Below, piece by piece: positions 13,280 to 25,312 of a stretch of DNA of 64,000 nucleotides. The translations under genes and the position numbers were made by a program. This DNA comes from Monocercomonoides exilis PA203 (Eukaryota; Protista; Preaxostyla). Position 1 is the stretch's first letter. The number at the start of each line of letters is the position of its first letter. The notes beneath the pieces are model-generated. The model did no database searches. It saw only the letters and a program-made list of their open reading frames with translations, and had not been told where the DNA came from. Location: the NCBI GenBank assembly GCA_001643675.2, contig LSRY02000023.1, positions 992,001-1,056,000 on the forward strand, written 5' to 3'.

Positions 13280-14828
13280 CACCAAAAATTATTCAAAATC
13301 GAAAAACTTTCAACCAAAGTCGAAAAACTTTAACGAAATCGAAAATTATTATTCAAAGTCGGAAAACTTTCATTCAAAGTCGAAAATTATTATTCAAAGT
13401 CGAAAAACTTTAACGAAATCGAAAATTATTATTCAAAGTCGGAAAACTTTAACGAAATCGAAAATTATTATTCAAAGTCGAAAAACTTTCATTCAAAGTC
13501 GAAAATTATTATTCAAAGTCGAAAAACTTTAACGAAATCGAAAATTATTATTCAAAGTCGGAAAACTTTCATTCAAAGTCGAAAATTATTATTCAAAGTC
13601 GAAAAACTTTAACGAAATCGAAAATTATTATTCAAAGTCGAAAAACTTTAACGAAATCGAAAATTATTATTCAAAGTCGAAAAACTTTAACGAAATCGAA
13701 AATTATTATTCAAAGTCGAAAAAGTTGCAAACGAAATCGAAAAACTTTCAATCGAAATCGAAAAACTTTCAAGCAAAGTCGAAAGTTCGAAAAACTTCAA
13801 ATTTTCAAAACGATGACAAAAATCAATAAAAGTCAAAAAAACATTGTGATTGTTAAAATATCAATGATATTTGTTATTTTAATGATTTTTCATGTTTTTT
13901 CCGATATTTTTCTTTGCTTTCTTTTATCCAATTACAAAATTTATAAATATGAGAGAAATAATGACACATTTTGATCTTATTTCAATTGAAATAACACTGC
14001 TTTACGAAAGATTTACAAAATTTATTTATTTATATGGGTGATTCTTTTTGAAATCATAACTTTTTTCGGTGTATTGATTTACAAGGGTTGTTTGTCTTCG
14101 AAAAATGATTTTGAATTCAAATTGAACGTTTGTCACAACTGTTTCAAAAATTAAAGTTGAAGCACAAACAAAGAAGAGGACATTTTTATTGAGCCCTTTC
14201 ACTTTTCAGTTATCAAAAATTTATGTTCTAGGTATATTTTTGAATCGAAAAATTTGAATGAAAAAATAAGATTTCAAAAATAATTACCCATATTTTTTCT
14301 CAATTAATGAAGAATGATGCACGCAATATTGGCTCTCTAATTTCGCGTTTTTAATATCAAAAAACTTATTTCTAATGGAAGGCAACAAATGTTATAGCTT
14401 TTGTTTATTGTTTATAACTGAGTTTATTTTGGTTCGAAATCTTCAAAATTTGCAGAAATCAGCAACGCAAACATTGCAGATAATATTTCCGAAAACAAAA
14501 GAATATTATTTTTCTATTGTGGAATACTTTTTATTAAACGGTTATTTTTTAGTGAAATTTTCGATTTCGATTGAAAATTTTTCGATTTCGTTTGCAACTT
14601 TTTCGACTTTGAATAATTATTTTCGACTTTGAATGAAACTTTTTCGACTTTGAATGAAAGTTTTCCGACTTTGAATAATAATTTTCGATTTCGAATGAAA
14701 ACTTTCGACTTTGAATAATAATTTTCGATTTCGAATGAAAACTTTCGACTTTGAATAATAATTTTCGACTTCGAATGAAAACTTTCGATTTTGATTGAAA
14801 GTTTTTCGACTTTGAATTATTTTTGGTG
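13280..14828. mobile_element. Element C1: foldback-like TIR element with TIRs built from ~19-21 bp tandem repeats
   Basis: Starts CACCAAAAATTATTCAAA, ends TTTGAATTATTTTTGGTG; flanks CA/TA. Arrays of AAAGTCGAAAATTATTATTC / AAAGTCGAAAAACTTT at 13280-13800 and inverted at 14555-14828. Second copy at 52125. Confidence 0.85.
14036..14289. mobile_element. 254-bp MITE of the GGGTGA family inside C1
   Basis: ATAT|GGGTGATTCTTTTTGAAATC ... GATTTCAAAAATAATTACCC|ATAT. Confidence 0.8.
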
Positions 14829-15350
14829 TAATAAAAACTATAAGAAACAAAATAAAATCAACAAATAATTAAAAACTATAATAATAAATGAAACAATGTT
14901 TTCGTATAATTTTTGAAAAGTTCTTTCTAATCAACCACACCCTTAATGAAAAAATAATTTGATCAAACGTCGGAATTTTTTATGATATCAAAAAAAATCA
15001 CCCATTTGGGGACAGACATTTTATAGAAATAAAACCCTGAAAAAGAAAAATGATAAATTAAACATTCAGCAAACACCAAAAAGTGCTGATGAATATTGAC
15101 TAATGAACACAAAGCCTTTTATATTGTTAATTGTCATGTTTATAGGTACACTTAAAGAAACCTTATGACGTGAAAACTTCAAAAGACTTTTAGAAGAACT
15201 AAAGAAAAGCTTTGTTGATAGCATCTGAAAGATCTTTTATTTTCACTTTAGTCACTGACAATTGAGACAAATTAATTCCTCAGCTGACATTTCCAGTCAA
15301 CAAATGAATTAAAAAAATCATCAGGAGTTTAATTAACAATAAAAAAATCT

Positions 15351-17343
15351 GGCGAGATATTATCTGGTTGACAGACGAGTTGAACAAAAAAATATAAAGA
15401 AAATGATTTGTTCTTTTGTTCTAATTATTAAAAAATTATTATTATTTAGCGAAACTTCGTCTTTCATGGTTGGTTTTATTTATGAAAAATTAAAAAAATA
15501 ATGTGTATGATCATTTGCATAACTCACAATTTATTGTATCTCTTTATATGATTTTCAAATTTTGCTGAACAAGGATGTTTATTATTAGTTTTTTGTAAAT
15601 TTTATCTTTGATAAATAAAAAACTTCCAAATTGTTTCCAGTGGTTGAATCATATCCAATTTTTCAACATCATTTGATTGAGAGCACGCAAGTATTACATA
15701 ATATTTAGCACATACAATAATGAAGAAATTTTCGTTTCAAGTGAGAGTTTGTGATTTAAAATATTGAATATTTGTGATTTTGATTATCATCAGTTAAAAA
15801 CAATTCTTAACGATTAATTTTGCTTTTTGCGAATTAGAAACACACAATCTAATGAATTAGCAGATTTTCAAATTAATTGGATAAAAAGAAACGTGAAAAA
15901 AAGAAATGTTTGTTCAATTCAATAAAATGTGAAAGAGTTGTTGAAGATCAGCTGCTATTGGTTCATAAGCCTCTTTCATTGAAACAAATATTAAGTTTCT
16001 AAGTTTTGAAATACATAAAACATTTATGCCTAAAAAGATCATCAATTAACATTTATTTTTTGAATGTGGCTGTGGATGAGATGAATGAAGAACGAAACAA
16101 AAAATATTTAATTATTTTGTGGAATCCCAAATCGAATTTTCGAAAATTATCTTCCATTCAAGTTAATATATCATTGAATTTTAATACATGAGATTTCATA
16201 AAACTTTGTTTTGTTTTGTTTTAGAAACAAGATATGAAATGAAAAAAAAACAAAAAGTTTTTTTCATCATCACAAATTTTCAAGTGTTTCAAAAAAAAAA
16301 GAAGTTCATTTGAAAGAACTTCTTCCATGCTAATATCCAAAAAAATACTTTTTATCATGAAATGAAGAAGGTTGATTGGAAAATCGAGTCAGATTGCGAT
16401 GTTCTTGCTGACACTGGATGGTTTCTTTGATCTCGTTCATAAACAGTTCATGCACTATTTCCTCATAAAATAAGAAAGAAATTTTAAAACGTCAATAACA
16501 AAACAAAAACGTTAAAACATATTGTTCGTTAATGCAATTCAGCGCTGAAAGTGTTTGTTCCACTTCTTTTTGAGCTTCCTCATTTTCCTCTTTCATCAAC
16601 GCAACTAATAGCAGACAAAGCACACCAATTGATATCGGCTTTATGAAAACTCATTAAAAAACAAAAGATTTGATTTGGAAAAATCTTTAACACATTTTTC
16701 AATCCTTCCTTCGTTCTTTCTGGCTTCTTTAATTAAATTCTCTTCTTCAATCACTTTGTTCATAATATAGTTTTTTTTCTGCTCCAATTAAAATATTTCA
16801 CTATGTCATTTGCAATGACTAGTGAATTCAATAAGGCACATACGCTCAGACAATTCGTTTTTCTGTTTAAAAATATAAATCTAAAATTATTGATGTGATC
16901 GATTATTTATTCAAAAAACAAAATGATACCAGTTTTTAATCGAAAATCTTATTCTGATGAGAACATTTCAAGCCATTATAAAAACATATATCAATTTATT
17001 TTCCAAAATTTCATCTTTTTTCAAAATTCAAACATGTTTTGATAATTTCAACCTGTGCAACATTAATTAAACCACAAAACAGAAGAAAAAACAGACATAA
17101 ACATGTTATTTTCATATAGCTAAATTCATTTATATTAGCTTGCTATATGAGGAGATATGTGAAAGAACATATTTTTTCAATAATCACACCCATTATTTTT
17201 TCAATTTTTCATAAATAAAACCAACCATGAAAGACGAAGTTTCGCTAAATAATAATAATTTTTTAATAATTAGAACAAAAGAACAAATCATTTTCTTTAT
17301 ATTTTTTTGTTCAACTCGTCTGTCAACCAGATAATATCTCGCC
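15351..17343. mobile_element. Non-autonomous Merlin-like (or MULE-like) element with gene cargo
   Basis: Perfect 141-bp TIRs (15351-15491 / 17203-17343) starting GGCGAGATATTATCTGG; 8-bp TSD AAAAATCT (15343-15350, 17344-17351). GG termini with an 8-bp TSD fit Merlin; no transposase present. Confidence 0.85.
16310..16860 (-). pseudogene. Decayed copy of the 50-kb helical-repeat gene family
   Basis: Minus strand reads CLLLVALMKEENEEAQKEVEQTLSALNCI, then an intron, then EIVHELFMNEIKETIQCQQEHRNLTR; compare CLLKAALNKKENGETQKEVEMALLALSYI / EIPEELFFDEIKEIVEYHHEHHNLTH at 50-51 kb. Confidence 0.75.
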
Positions 17344-17704
17344 AAAAATCTTGATATTTAAAGAATAACTTGAATTGTTATTCAGTCCAAACCGGATATA
17401 ATCACATCGGTTTTTGTACAACTTTTTGTGACGATATCCGATTGTGATAATATACAATGTGACATTTCACGGAAAAATAAAAATATTAATTCTAAAATAA
17501 ATTAATTTTGGGTTAAATTTTTAATTTTTGAAAATTCTTCATAAAAACGCATTTTTCACTTGCGAAATGAATTTTTTTAATAAATATTCATTATTTTGAC
17601 TTTTTTGAACACATTTTTGAAAATTCAAAAAATTGAGATTCTTGATCAAAAAGTCGATTTTTCAATGAAAAATCCTCCCATAATGAAAAAAAAAGTGATT
17701 ATTA

Positions 17705-20645
17705 GGGTATTTTTTTGTAAAGTTATAAAATATTAATTGATCTGAAATTCAGATCACAATTGATCAGAAAAGTTGATCAATCAGTTCCCATCATCTGTTG
17801 TTCATTATTTTCTTATTATTGTTTTATTAGCTAATTATCAAATATTGACTTTCAATAATACAGATTTTCAATAAAACTTATTGCTTTTTATTATATTTTC
17901 TTTTCAAAACGATTGCATTCAAGCAATTTGTGACTAACTTTAATATACATTGTTTTTGTCTTTTTCATTTAATGTATTCGAGCATACGTTTGATTCTTTG
18001 TGCATTTTCTAATTATTAAACATTTTCTTTTGTTTGAAAAACAAACAGATAATGCTGCGCTTTTCTAATTATTTTTATTGTTGTTTTGCGTAAATGAGAA
18101 ATTTGTCATCGTATTGCTTCAAATACTTAAATGCCTATCAAAGAGTTATCTGCATAGAACAATTAAAAAAAAAATGAAAATTAAAAACATAATGAAAAAC
18201 ACAATATTCTCTTTGAAAGATTCAAAAATCGAAAATTTAAAAAGAGCCAGAATTTCTTTTTTCGTTCCAAGTCAAGAATCGCATAACCAGCTTTATTCGT
18301 TTCCTCATATGCCTTTTGCTACTCTTTTCCCTGAAATATCATTTATTCGTTTAAAAAAATCTGTTCATCATTTTTCGTAGATCAAAAACAACTTGTTTTC
18401 AATGCTTTGTTGATATTTATTTTTGAAGATAAATTATGTGATCACAATGTTGGTGGAGCAGCTGCCAGGCATGGTGTGGAATCACAAAAATAATATTTTT
18501 TTTTTTGAAAATTCGGGTTTGTTGTTATGTCTTTACACATCACCAAAGACTTCTTTTCCGTCAGCCTTCCTGACGCTGCATTCGGCTCTTTTTTGGAATA
18601 TAGGTGATGTTGAAAAAAAGATGATCAGCTGCAGTCGTTGGTTTATATTATTTGGTCATTAATCTTCATTTTTGATGCTATTTCTGTAGAGGTTTAATAT
18701 GTGTTGGAAGAGGCTAAGAAACATGTGTTGTTTTCTGTAATGTTCAATATCAAAAGTCTTCTGAGGATTGTTATGCATGAGGCAGCTGTGAAGAATGTGC
18801 TACGCATGCTGCTGTAGTCGCTGCTGCTTCTGTTCCGATGAATGCTACAGACGCTGCGAGAGCTTAATGCAGTTCAGCGTGTAGATATATATGTGTGCAA
18901 TTAAATACATTCGATGCGGCGCATTCGTTGATTCTTTTAGTTCCACAGTTGGCACTGCTTCCATTGCTTGCAGCTTCGGATGTGAATGCACTCCAATCAA
19001 TCAACGATCAACTTGACCCATCATAGCTGCAGTTAAAGATTGCGAAGCTTGTGTCACGATCGCGTCATCAGAGTCATGTGATGGCGAAGCAGGAAGACGA
19101 AATGATGGAGTGTGAGTGATGGCGTGTGAAGCAAGGGAGATCAAAGGAAGGTGCTGGATGTTGTGAGACTGAGGATGGATAATGCACTTACGTAGCATGC
19201 GGCGATGCATCTGTTGTTCTGAAAGAGTGAGAAGAGGAGGAGGAATTGAGATGTGGAGGAAAATAATAAGAGAAAGAAAAAGAAGTTGATGGACAGGCTA
19301 CAGAAGGAGCAAAATCAAGTGCATGGCTGTGAGGAGAAGAAGAGGAGGAAGAGGAGAGAAAGAGATCGAGATAAATGAAGAGGACGAGGAGGAGGAAGAG
19401 GGCTAGGAAGAGGAAGAGGAAGAGGAAGAGGAAGAGGAAGAGGAGGAAGAAGAAGAAGAGGAGGAGGAGGAAGATAATAATAATGAAGAAACTGATATAT
19501 TTATGATAAAAATTGAAGAAATGAGGAAAAAGAAAGAGAAGGAGATGATGATGAATTTTTTAAAGAAGGAGAAGAAGGAGAAGGAGAAGAATGATGAAGA
19601 ATAAAAAAATGATGAAAAAGAAGAGGAAGAGGAAGAATAGCAAATCCTAAATGTGGATAAATCATTTTAAAATTTGTAGCACTCTGAAAGCTTTGCAGAA
19701 ATTGATATAAGTCAAGGTGTATGCTGGAAAGGCAATCTGCTTATGAAGTTAATTTCAACATCTCTTTTGATATTATGAGCTTTTGATATGTATCTGGAGA
19801 AATTTTTTAAAAAAGATGCGATAAAAAAGGACCAATCAATGATGTTAATATTTGTTGAGGAGAACAAATCACTTGGATGAACGAATTGGAATAAATGTGA
19901 CTTTGCCTCCGTTGCAGTTATTGTTCAGTAAAATTTGTTCCTTTTTTCGGGGGACTTTGAAATTGCCTTAAATTTCCACCTATTAATGCTCAGTTTAGGA
20001 TCTTTTTCCTCGTAGATTCATAATCTTTTCTCATTGAAAGTATTCAACTTATTTTCAGCCTCTGGCTTTTGGTGTTTTTGAATAATTGTTGTTCTCGCTG
20101 CTCCAATCTGTTGTTGAGTGTTGTGAGTACCTCAAATGATGCTAACGAGTTCGACTGAAGTATCCACACGTTGTAGTATTTGTCTCTCAGGAACTGAAAC
20201 ACATAAAAAGGCAATTCCTCTTTCGTTTCTTTGAAAAGGTGCGATAAATAATTTGTGTCGGACTGGGATTGAAATTGCGCACAATTTGAATTGAATTGCA
20301 AAAATAAATGTAATTTTCGAAAAAAAGTTGCTAAAAAGAATACCTTCATTTTCTAATGTTAGAGTTTCAAAGACATATTGTTCCTTTAACAATTCAACTT
20401 GGAGCTAACATTCCACAAAATGATAAAAGCAATTTCAATAGATATTCTATTTTCAAATTGATCAAAAAATAAAATTAAATTCATTTTTCATAATTTTTTT
20501 TTTAACCTTTTTGTTTTTCATAATCATACAATCATAAAATTGGTATAATATGTTGTTATGATAAATAATGGAAACGGAATGATTTGAACTTTGCAAACAT
20601 GGGTCAAATTTCAGATCAATTGTGATTTTTCATAATAAAATACAC
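17705..20645. mobile_element. Element E2: sibling of the 52841-58278 element with different cargo
   Basis: Left subterminal AGATCACAATTGATCAGAAAAGTTGATCAATCAGTTCCCA matches ~52890-52930; right subterminal ATAATGGAAACGGAATGA...ATGGGTCAAAT matches ~58198-58245. Right terminus and TSD are degenerate (ATTA/ATAT). Confidence 0.6.
19330..19640 (+). repeat. GAA/GAG purine-rich tract (decayed acidic coding sequence in E2 cargo)
   Basis: (GAAGAG)n and GAG/GAA runs. Confidence 0.8.
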
Positions 20646-20923
20646 ATATATATTTGGCTCAGTGATTATATGCGATTGAAATTGAATGAAATATAGTTCA
20701 AAAATGTCGGAGCATCGAAAAATGTGATTAAAAACGAATGTGATTATATTTAACCTGATTATTTCTGGTTTTGACTGTATTTTGATTCATAAAAAATGAA
20801 GGAGATTTTCATTGAAATCATATCATTTTTTGTGGAATTGTTTTAAAAAGGTTTTTCGTCACTTTCGATATAATTTTCAAACAGATGATAAATGTTTCAG
20901 AATAATTTCAAAGGCCAAAGATA

Positions 20924-21319
20924 CAGATATCGCATAAAATACCGGACATCGCACAAAATACCGGACAAGATCGATTTCTCAATAACTGCAGGAGGAATAT
21001 TTCTAGCAATTTTTCTAAAAGTATTTCTCATCAATACAAACTCATTTGAAATATGAGACTTTCAAAATAGCTCCATTTGTGCTCACAGAAAATTATTATT
21101 CAATTCTCGGAGTAATAGGGTTTTGAGTTTCATTGAAATTTCGATATATTTTTTTTCTGAGCTCAAGCGAAGCTGTCCTGAAAGTCTTGTATGTCACGTG
21201 AGTTTGTATTAAAGAAATATATTTTGGGGAAAATTATCAGAATTATTCCTCTTGCAGTTATTGTGAAATCGATCTTGTCCGGTATTTTGTGCGATGTCCG
21301 GTATTTTATACGATATCTA
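20924..21319. mobile_element. 396-bp near fully palindromic MITE with TA TSD
   Basis: TA|CAGATATCGCATAAAATACCGGACATCGCACAAAATACCGGACAAGATCGATTTC ... GAAATCGATCTTGTCCGGTATTTTGTGCGATGTCCGGTATTTTATACGATATCTA|TA; symmetry continues ~170 bp inward. Confidence 0.9.
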
Positions 21320-21449
21320 TAGATATCAAAATGTGCAGATTTGAAATTTGACAGAGTTTTCTCTTTTTTGTGTTCATCGATTAAAATTTAAAACACATAT
21401 TCAACCAGAAAATTTTTGCAGAAAAGATCTGATATCAAAAATAATCACA

Positions 21450-23492
21450 TAGGGTGATTTATTAACCCTATTATTTTTTTTAACCAGAACATTTTTTTTA
21501 ATTACAAGTTTAATCAAATCACTCTTCATATAACATAAATTGTTTTCAGCATTTAAAGAAAAGAAGCCAAACAGAAATAAAGATCAAATTACAATACCTA
21601 ATCTCTGATTGTGGGATGTGGAGATGGGAAGTTAGCTCCTCTATCTCTGATTAGTGCCTCCTCTGAGGAGATTAGGTCATTGCAACGGGGCATATTAAGT
21701 TTGAATTAGATTGTAAAAATTTTTATTATTATTTTTTTCATCAGAAAAAAACTTTTTTCAAAAAATAAAAATTAGATCATCTCCAAAAACTTTTTTGAAA
21801 TGAGTGTTGTCGAGAATAAAAAACAACAAGGATTAAAGAAAATTAGAAGTTTGATGAGATCCTTTCTATATCGGCATATTGAAAGTAGATTAGAACGAGT
21901 TGCAACAATTGTCGCTAATGGAGAAGCTCGGGTTGCAGATGCTACAAACATGAAAGAATTTACTCGCTCGGCAATTGAAATGGCTATTATTGCTGTGGAA
22001 AAATGAAGAAAGGAAAGATAATATGGAAAACCATAATTACTCAAGCCGGAAGAAAAGGAAACTATATTTGGAGTGCTGAAAATGGAATGTGAAAGTGGGA
22101 CAAGTTACAATGCTGCGCAAATGAGGAAATTAGTTTGTCAAAATTTTTAATTTGTTGTATTTATCTATTTTTTATATATTCAGATGAACAAAGTTATCAA
22201 TGATAGGAAAAAAGACGACTTCGATGAAGAAGATGAAGAAGTGAACATTTCTAAAGCATATCCCTATCAATACACCAAAAGGAACCCCGAGATTAAGGCT
22301 TCACACCCACGAAACATCGATATCCAAAGGCTCTCTTCATCCAATCAACAAACTCCTTTTCCATTTTTCACTTTTCCACAAAACCTTCATGATAAGCATC
22401 TTTATTCTAACTCTCTCATCTTCAACATTGATGAATCCTCTCTTCGACTCTCCGATTCTTTCTCTTCTCTTGTTTTCCATCCTTCCGACATGCCTGCTAA
22501 TTTCTCCAAAACACAGATGAATATGCCTAATGCAACTCTCGTCGTTGCAGCTGCAGCTGATGGCTACTCCCTAAAAAGCGTCGTTCTGTGGCCTTGTCAC
22601 AAATTACCTGATGAACTGCGCCTAGTTCTGAGTTCGCAGTTGGATGTTTGGAGTGAAAATGAAGGCTGGATGACTGAAGCGCTATTTCTCAAATATGCTG
22701 AAGAAGTATTGCTTTCAGAGATCACTCAAAGAAAAGAAACTTTGAAGAAGAGTGATGAACCTTGCCTTCTCCTTGATTCGCATTCTTCGTGAGTGCAGCC
22801 TGACTTATGGAAGAAGTTTGCCGATTTTTCAAAAGATGTCGTCACCTTCGTGCCCCATACCACTCACATCGCACAGCAATTAAATCGTGGCGTATTTGCT
22901 GTTTTTAAAAAGACAATAAATGCTAATTATGAAGCGCCTTCTTTTTCTTCTGTTGTTTTGCGACGAGAAGCATTGGCTGATGTGCTTCCACATGCTTTGC
23001 AAACTTCTTTGTTGCCTTCTGCAATCAAATCATCTTTTGCGAAGAGCGGAGTACTGTCTCATCAGTGGCACGAAGTGTTAGCCAAGCTTCCAAAAAAACC
23101 TTCCGTGACTCTAAAGAAAAGAACGAAAAGGTTTGATAATTCTGGAATATTTATTACCGATGAAGAATTCTTAATAGAATGGAAAAAAGAAAAGGATGAA
23201 AGAAAAGAGTCAAAAAATGAAGAAAAAGATAATGTAGAAACTGAAAAGGCTTTGTTTGAAGATGAAAAACCGAAAAAAAGAAAATTCAACCCATTGAAAA
23301 TTTTAAATGATGATTTTTCTGATGATGAAAAAAAAGAAAGAAATATTCGAAAAATTGTGAAACGAGAGCTTGTTAATTATATTTACAATTAATATTTTTT
23401 TAAAAACGAAATCAATATGCAGTACACAAAATAAAACATATTTATTTTTGTTTTGGTTTTATGAAAAATATTCGGCTTTATAAACCACCCTG
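21450..23492 (+). mobile_element. pogo/Fot-like transposon 1 (defective)
   Basis: Imperfect TIRs TAGGGTGATTTATTAA and (reverse complement) CAGGGTGGTTTATAAA flank a transposase; CA on both flanks. Confidence 0.7.
21800..23392 (+). pseudogene. DDE_1 (pogo/Fot, DD35D-type) transposase pseudogene; intron 22133-22183
   Basis: Motifs IFNIDES, GWMT, LLLDSHSS*, FVPHTTHIAQQLNRGVF (third D is N); several in-frame stops (e.g. 22004, 22790). Confidence 0.9.
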
Positions 23493-25312
23493 CATAAATT
23501 CATTTAAAACTATCTACTTAATGATAATTATTTCATGAGTGAGATAAAAATTTGTGAATATGTTATTTTTCGTAAGAAGATACTCAATTATGAACAAATA
23601 ATTTTTGAAGTTATCCCATTGACTTCGTTTTTTTAAAAATCGAATTTTTCCTATCCATCTGAATGAGCAAATAAGTGAAAATAAAAAATAGCAAAATTGC
23701 TCATTAATTGGAAAAAAATAAGTTATGAATGAAAAAGTTGAATTGAATCGTTTTATTAAAATATAAAAATTCATCAATAGTCTGATTTTCAAAATTTTAA
23801 ATTACTTATTTCAAAAAATATACAACACTGTTATTTAAAATTTGTACATGGTTAGATGTGCTATATGCTAATGTATAAATTAACAATTCAGTCTAAATTA
23901 ATTTTTGAGACTCATCGAAATACCCTTGGTGGAAAACCAGGTAGTTTAATATTTTTCAAAGTTGATATTTAAAGGAAATAATTGCAAATTTGATGGCTAC
24001 AGATAAAATCATCGAAAAAGGTTTCAAACCAGATGAGTTTGTTAAACAAAAACTGCAAATTATTCTTTAAATAAAATTATTTCCTTTTTGAGACAAATTG
24101 GAATTTTGTTTTGGATTCAAATAAAGAATGCTTTTATTCTGAAATAACGTAAGTTAATATTCCACACTGAACTTTTTGTTTCATTGCAACTTCTTGTAAC
24201 AATTATAACCCTCATTTCTTCAAGTTTTAATAAATTCATTCGTTGATCTGATGTATTATAATGGAATCTTTTGAAAGCATTTCTTCTAATCTCCTCCACC
24301 GATTAATTGCATCCTCTAATTTCCTCTTGCTTTCATCGCCTTCATAAAAAAATATTTGAAATAAAAAAGAAATATACAGTTTCATGGAGGACTGCAGTGG
24401 GATCGCATGCCATCTCCAATGGAGCTTGAGAAAGGGGTATGGCTGCGTTGAAGGCAAAGCGCCAAATTTGCGAATCTGGTCGGCCTTCGATTATATCGAA
24501 AAAACAACTTGAAACAGTGGAAAATCAAGCTATTGCTCTTCTTTCGGAACAAAAGATTATCAGACTAAAAGACATACATTCCATGGTTATGAAACTTGTT
24601 TTTTTCTTATTTTTCAATTTTGACTTTTATAGATTCTGGAGGTTTTGAATGCAGATCGTGAAAGTGGAGAAGAAAGAAAAGAAGTGAATTCCAAATATGC
24701 ATATGATTTGATTAAAAGGAGTGAAATTTTAAAGGCAAGTCTATCTTGACCCATGGAAATTGCCAAAATCAACGCACAATCTCCTGAAACTATTCGTGCA
24801 TGGTTCATAAGGTTGACAACTGTCATCTCATCTCACTATATTTGTTCATCCAATATCTTCAATTTTAACGAATCTTCAATACGAATTGTGAATGGAACAA
24901 AGAAATTAGTAATCTGTTCAAAAAATCAAATTCCACCCTCTCCTTCTTCGTTGCCAAAAACAGAAAACGCAATAATTTGCGTATGTGTATGAGCTGACGG
25001 ATCACATCTTCCTCATATTTTGATTTACCTCCGAAAAACGATGCCACAGGAATTTTCTTTGTTGTCTTCCTTTAATATTTCTTTCGTAGGTTCATCATCT
25101 TGCTGTATCACTTCGGATTTGTTTAGATTTATAATGATTCCGAAATGGTTTCTTTAAATTTCCGATAAACTGAAAGTGTCCCAATCAAAAAAGGCTCTTC
25201 TTTTATTAGACAATCACTGATCTCACCACGATCCAGAAGTTATTGCTTTTGCAGAAAAAAACAATATTATCATCGAATTTCTACCTCCTAATATGACACA
25301 CCTTCTCCAACC

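Larger units (their letters stand above)
1195..15003. mobile_element. Element A: large non-autonomous TIR element (GGG...CCC termini, ATNT-type TSD, Sola-like), host to nested insertions
   Basis: Left end GGGTGTTTTTTTTTTGAAATCATAAAAAAAGATC at 1195 and right end GGAATTTTTTATGATATCAAAAAAAATCACCC at 15003. Flanks ATTA/ATTT (1 mismatch). Its two ends are the mirror types of element B's ends. No transposase seen. Confidence 0.65.
17383..20777. mobile_element. Degenerate Tc1/pogo-type non-autonomous element
   Basis: Left CAGTCCAAACCGGATATAATCA vs right reverse complement CAGTCAAAACCAGAAATAATCA; right flank TA, left flank TT; ATATAATCACAT motif at both ends. Confidence 0.5.

Noticed and set aside
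13280-13800. CRISPR-like regular repeats
   Set aside because: Units are directly adjacent with no unique spacers, recur inverted at the other end of the element, and no cas genes are present; they are transposon subterminal arrays.
14375-14632. ORF MEGNKCYSF... conserved in both C copies
   Set aside because: Conservation follows from recent element duplication; there is no transposase motif and the ORF runs into the repeat array.
17170-17185. CACACCC-ATTA as a right end pairing with 1195
   Set aside because: It is the inner degenerate extension of the Merlin-like TIR and lacks the GATATCATAAAA subterminal motif.
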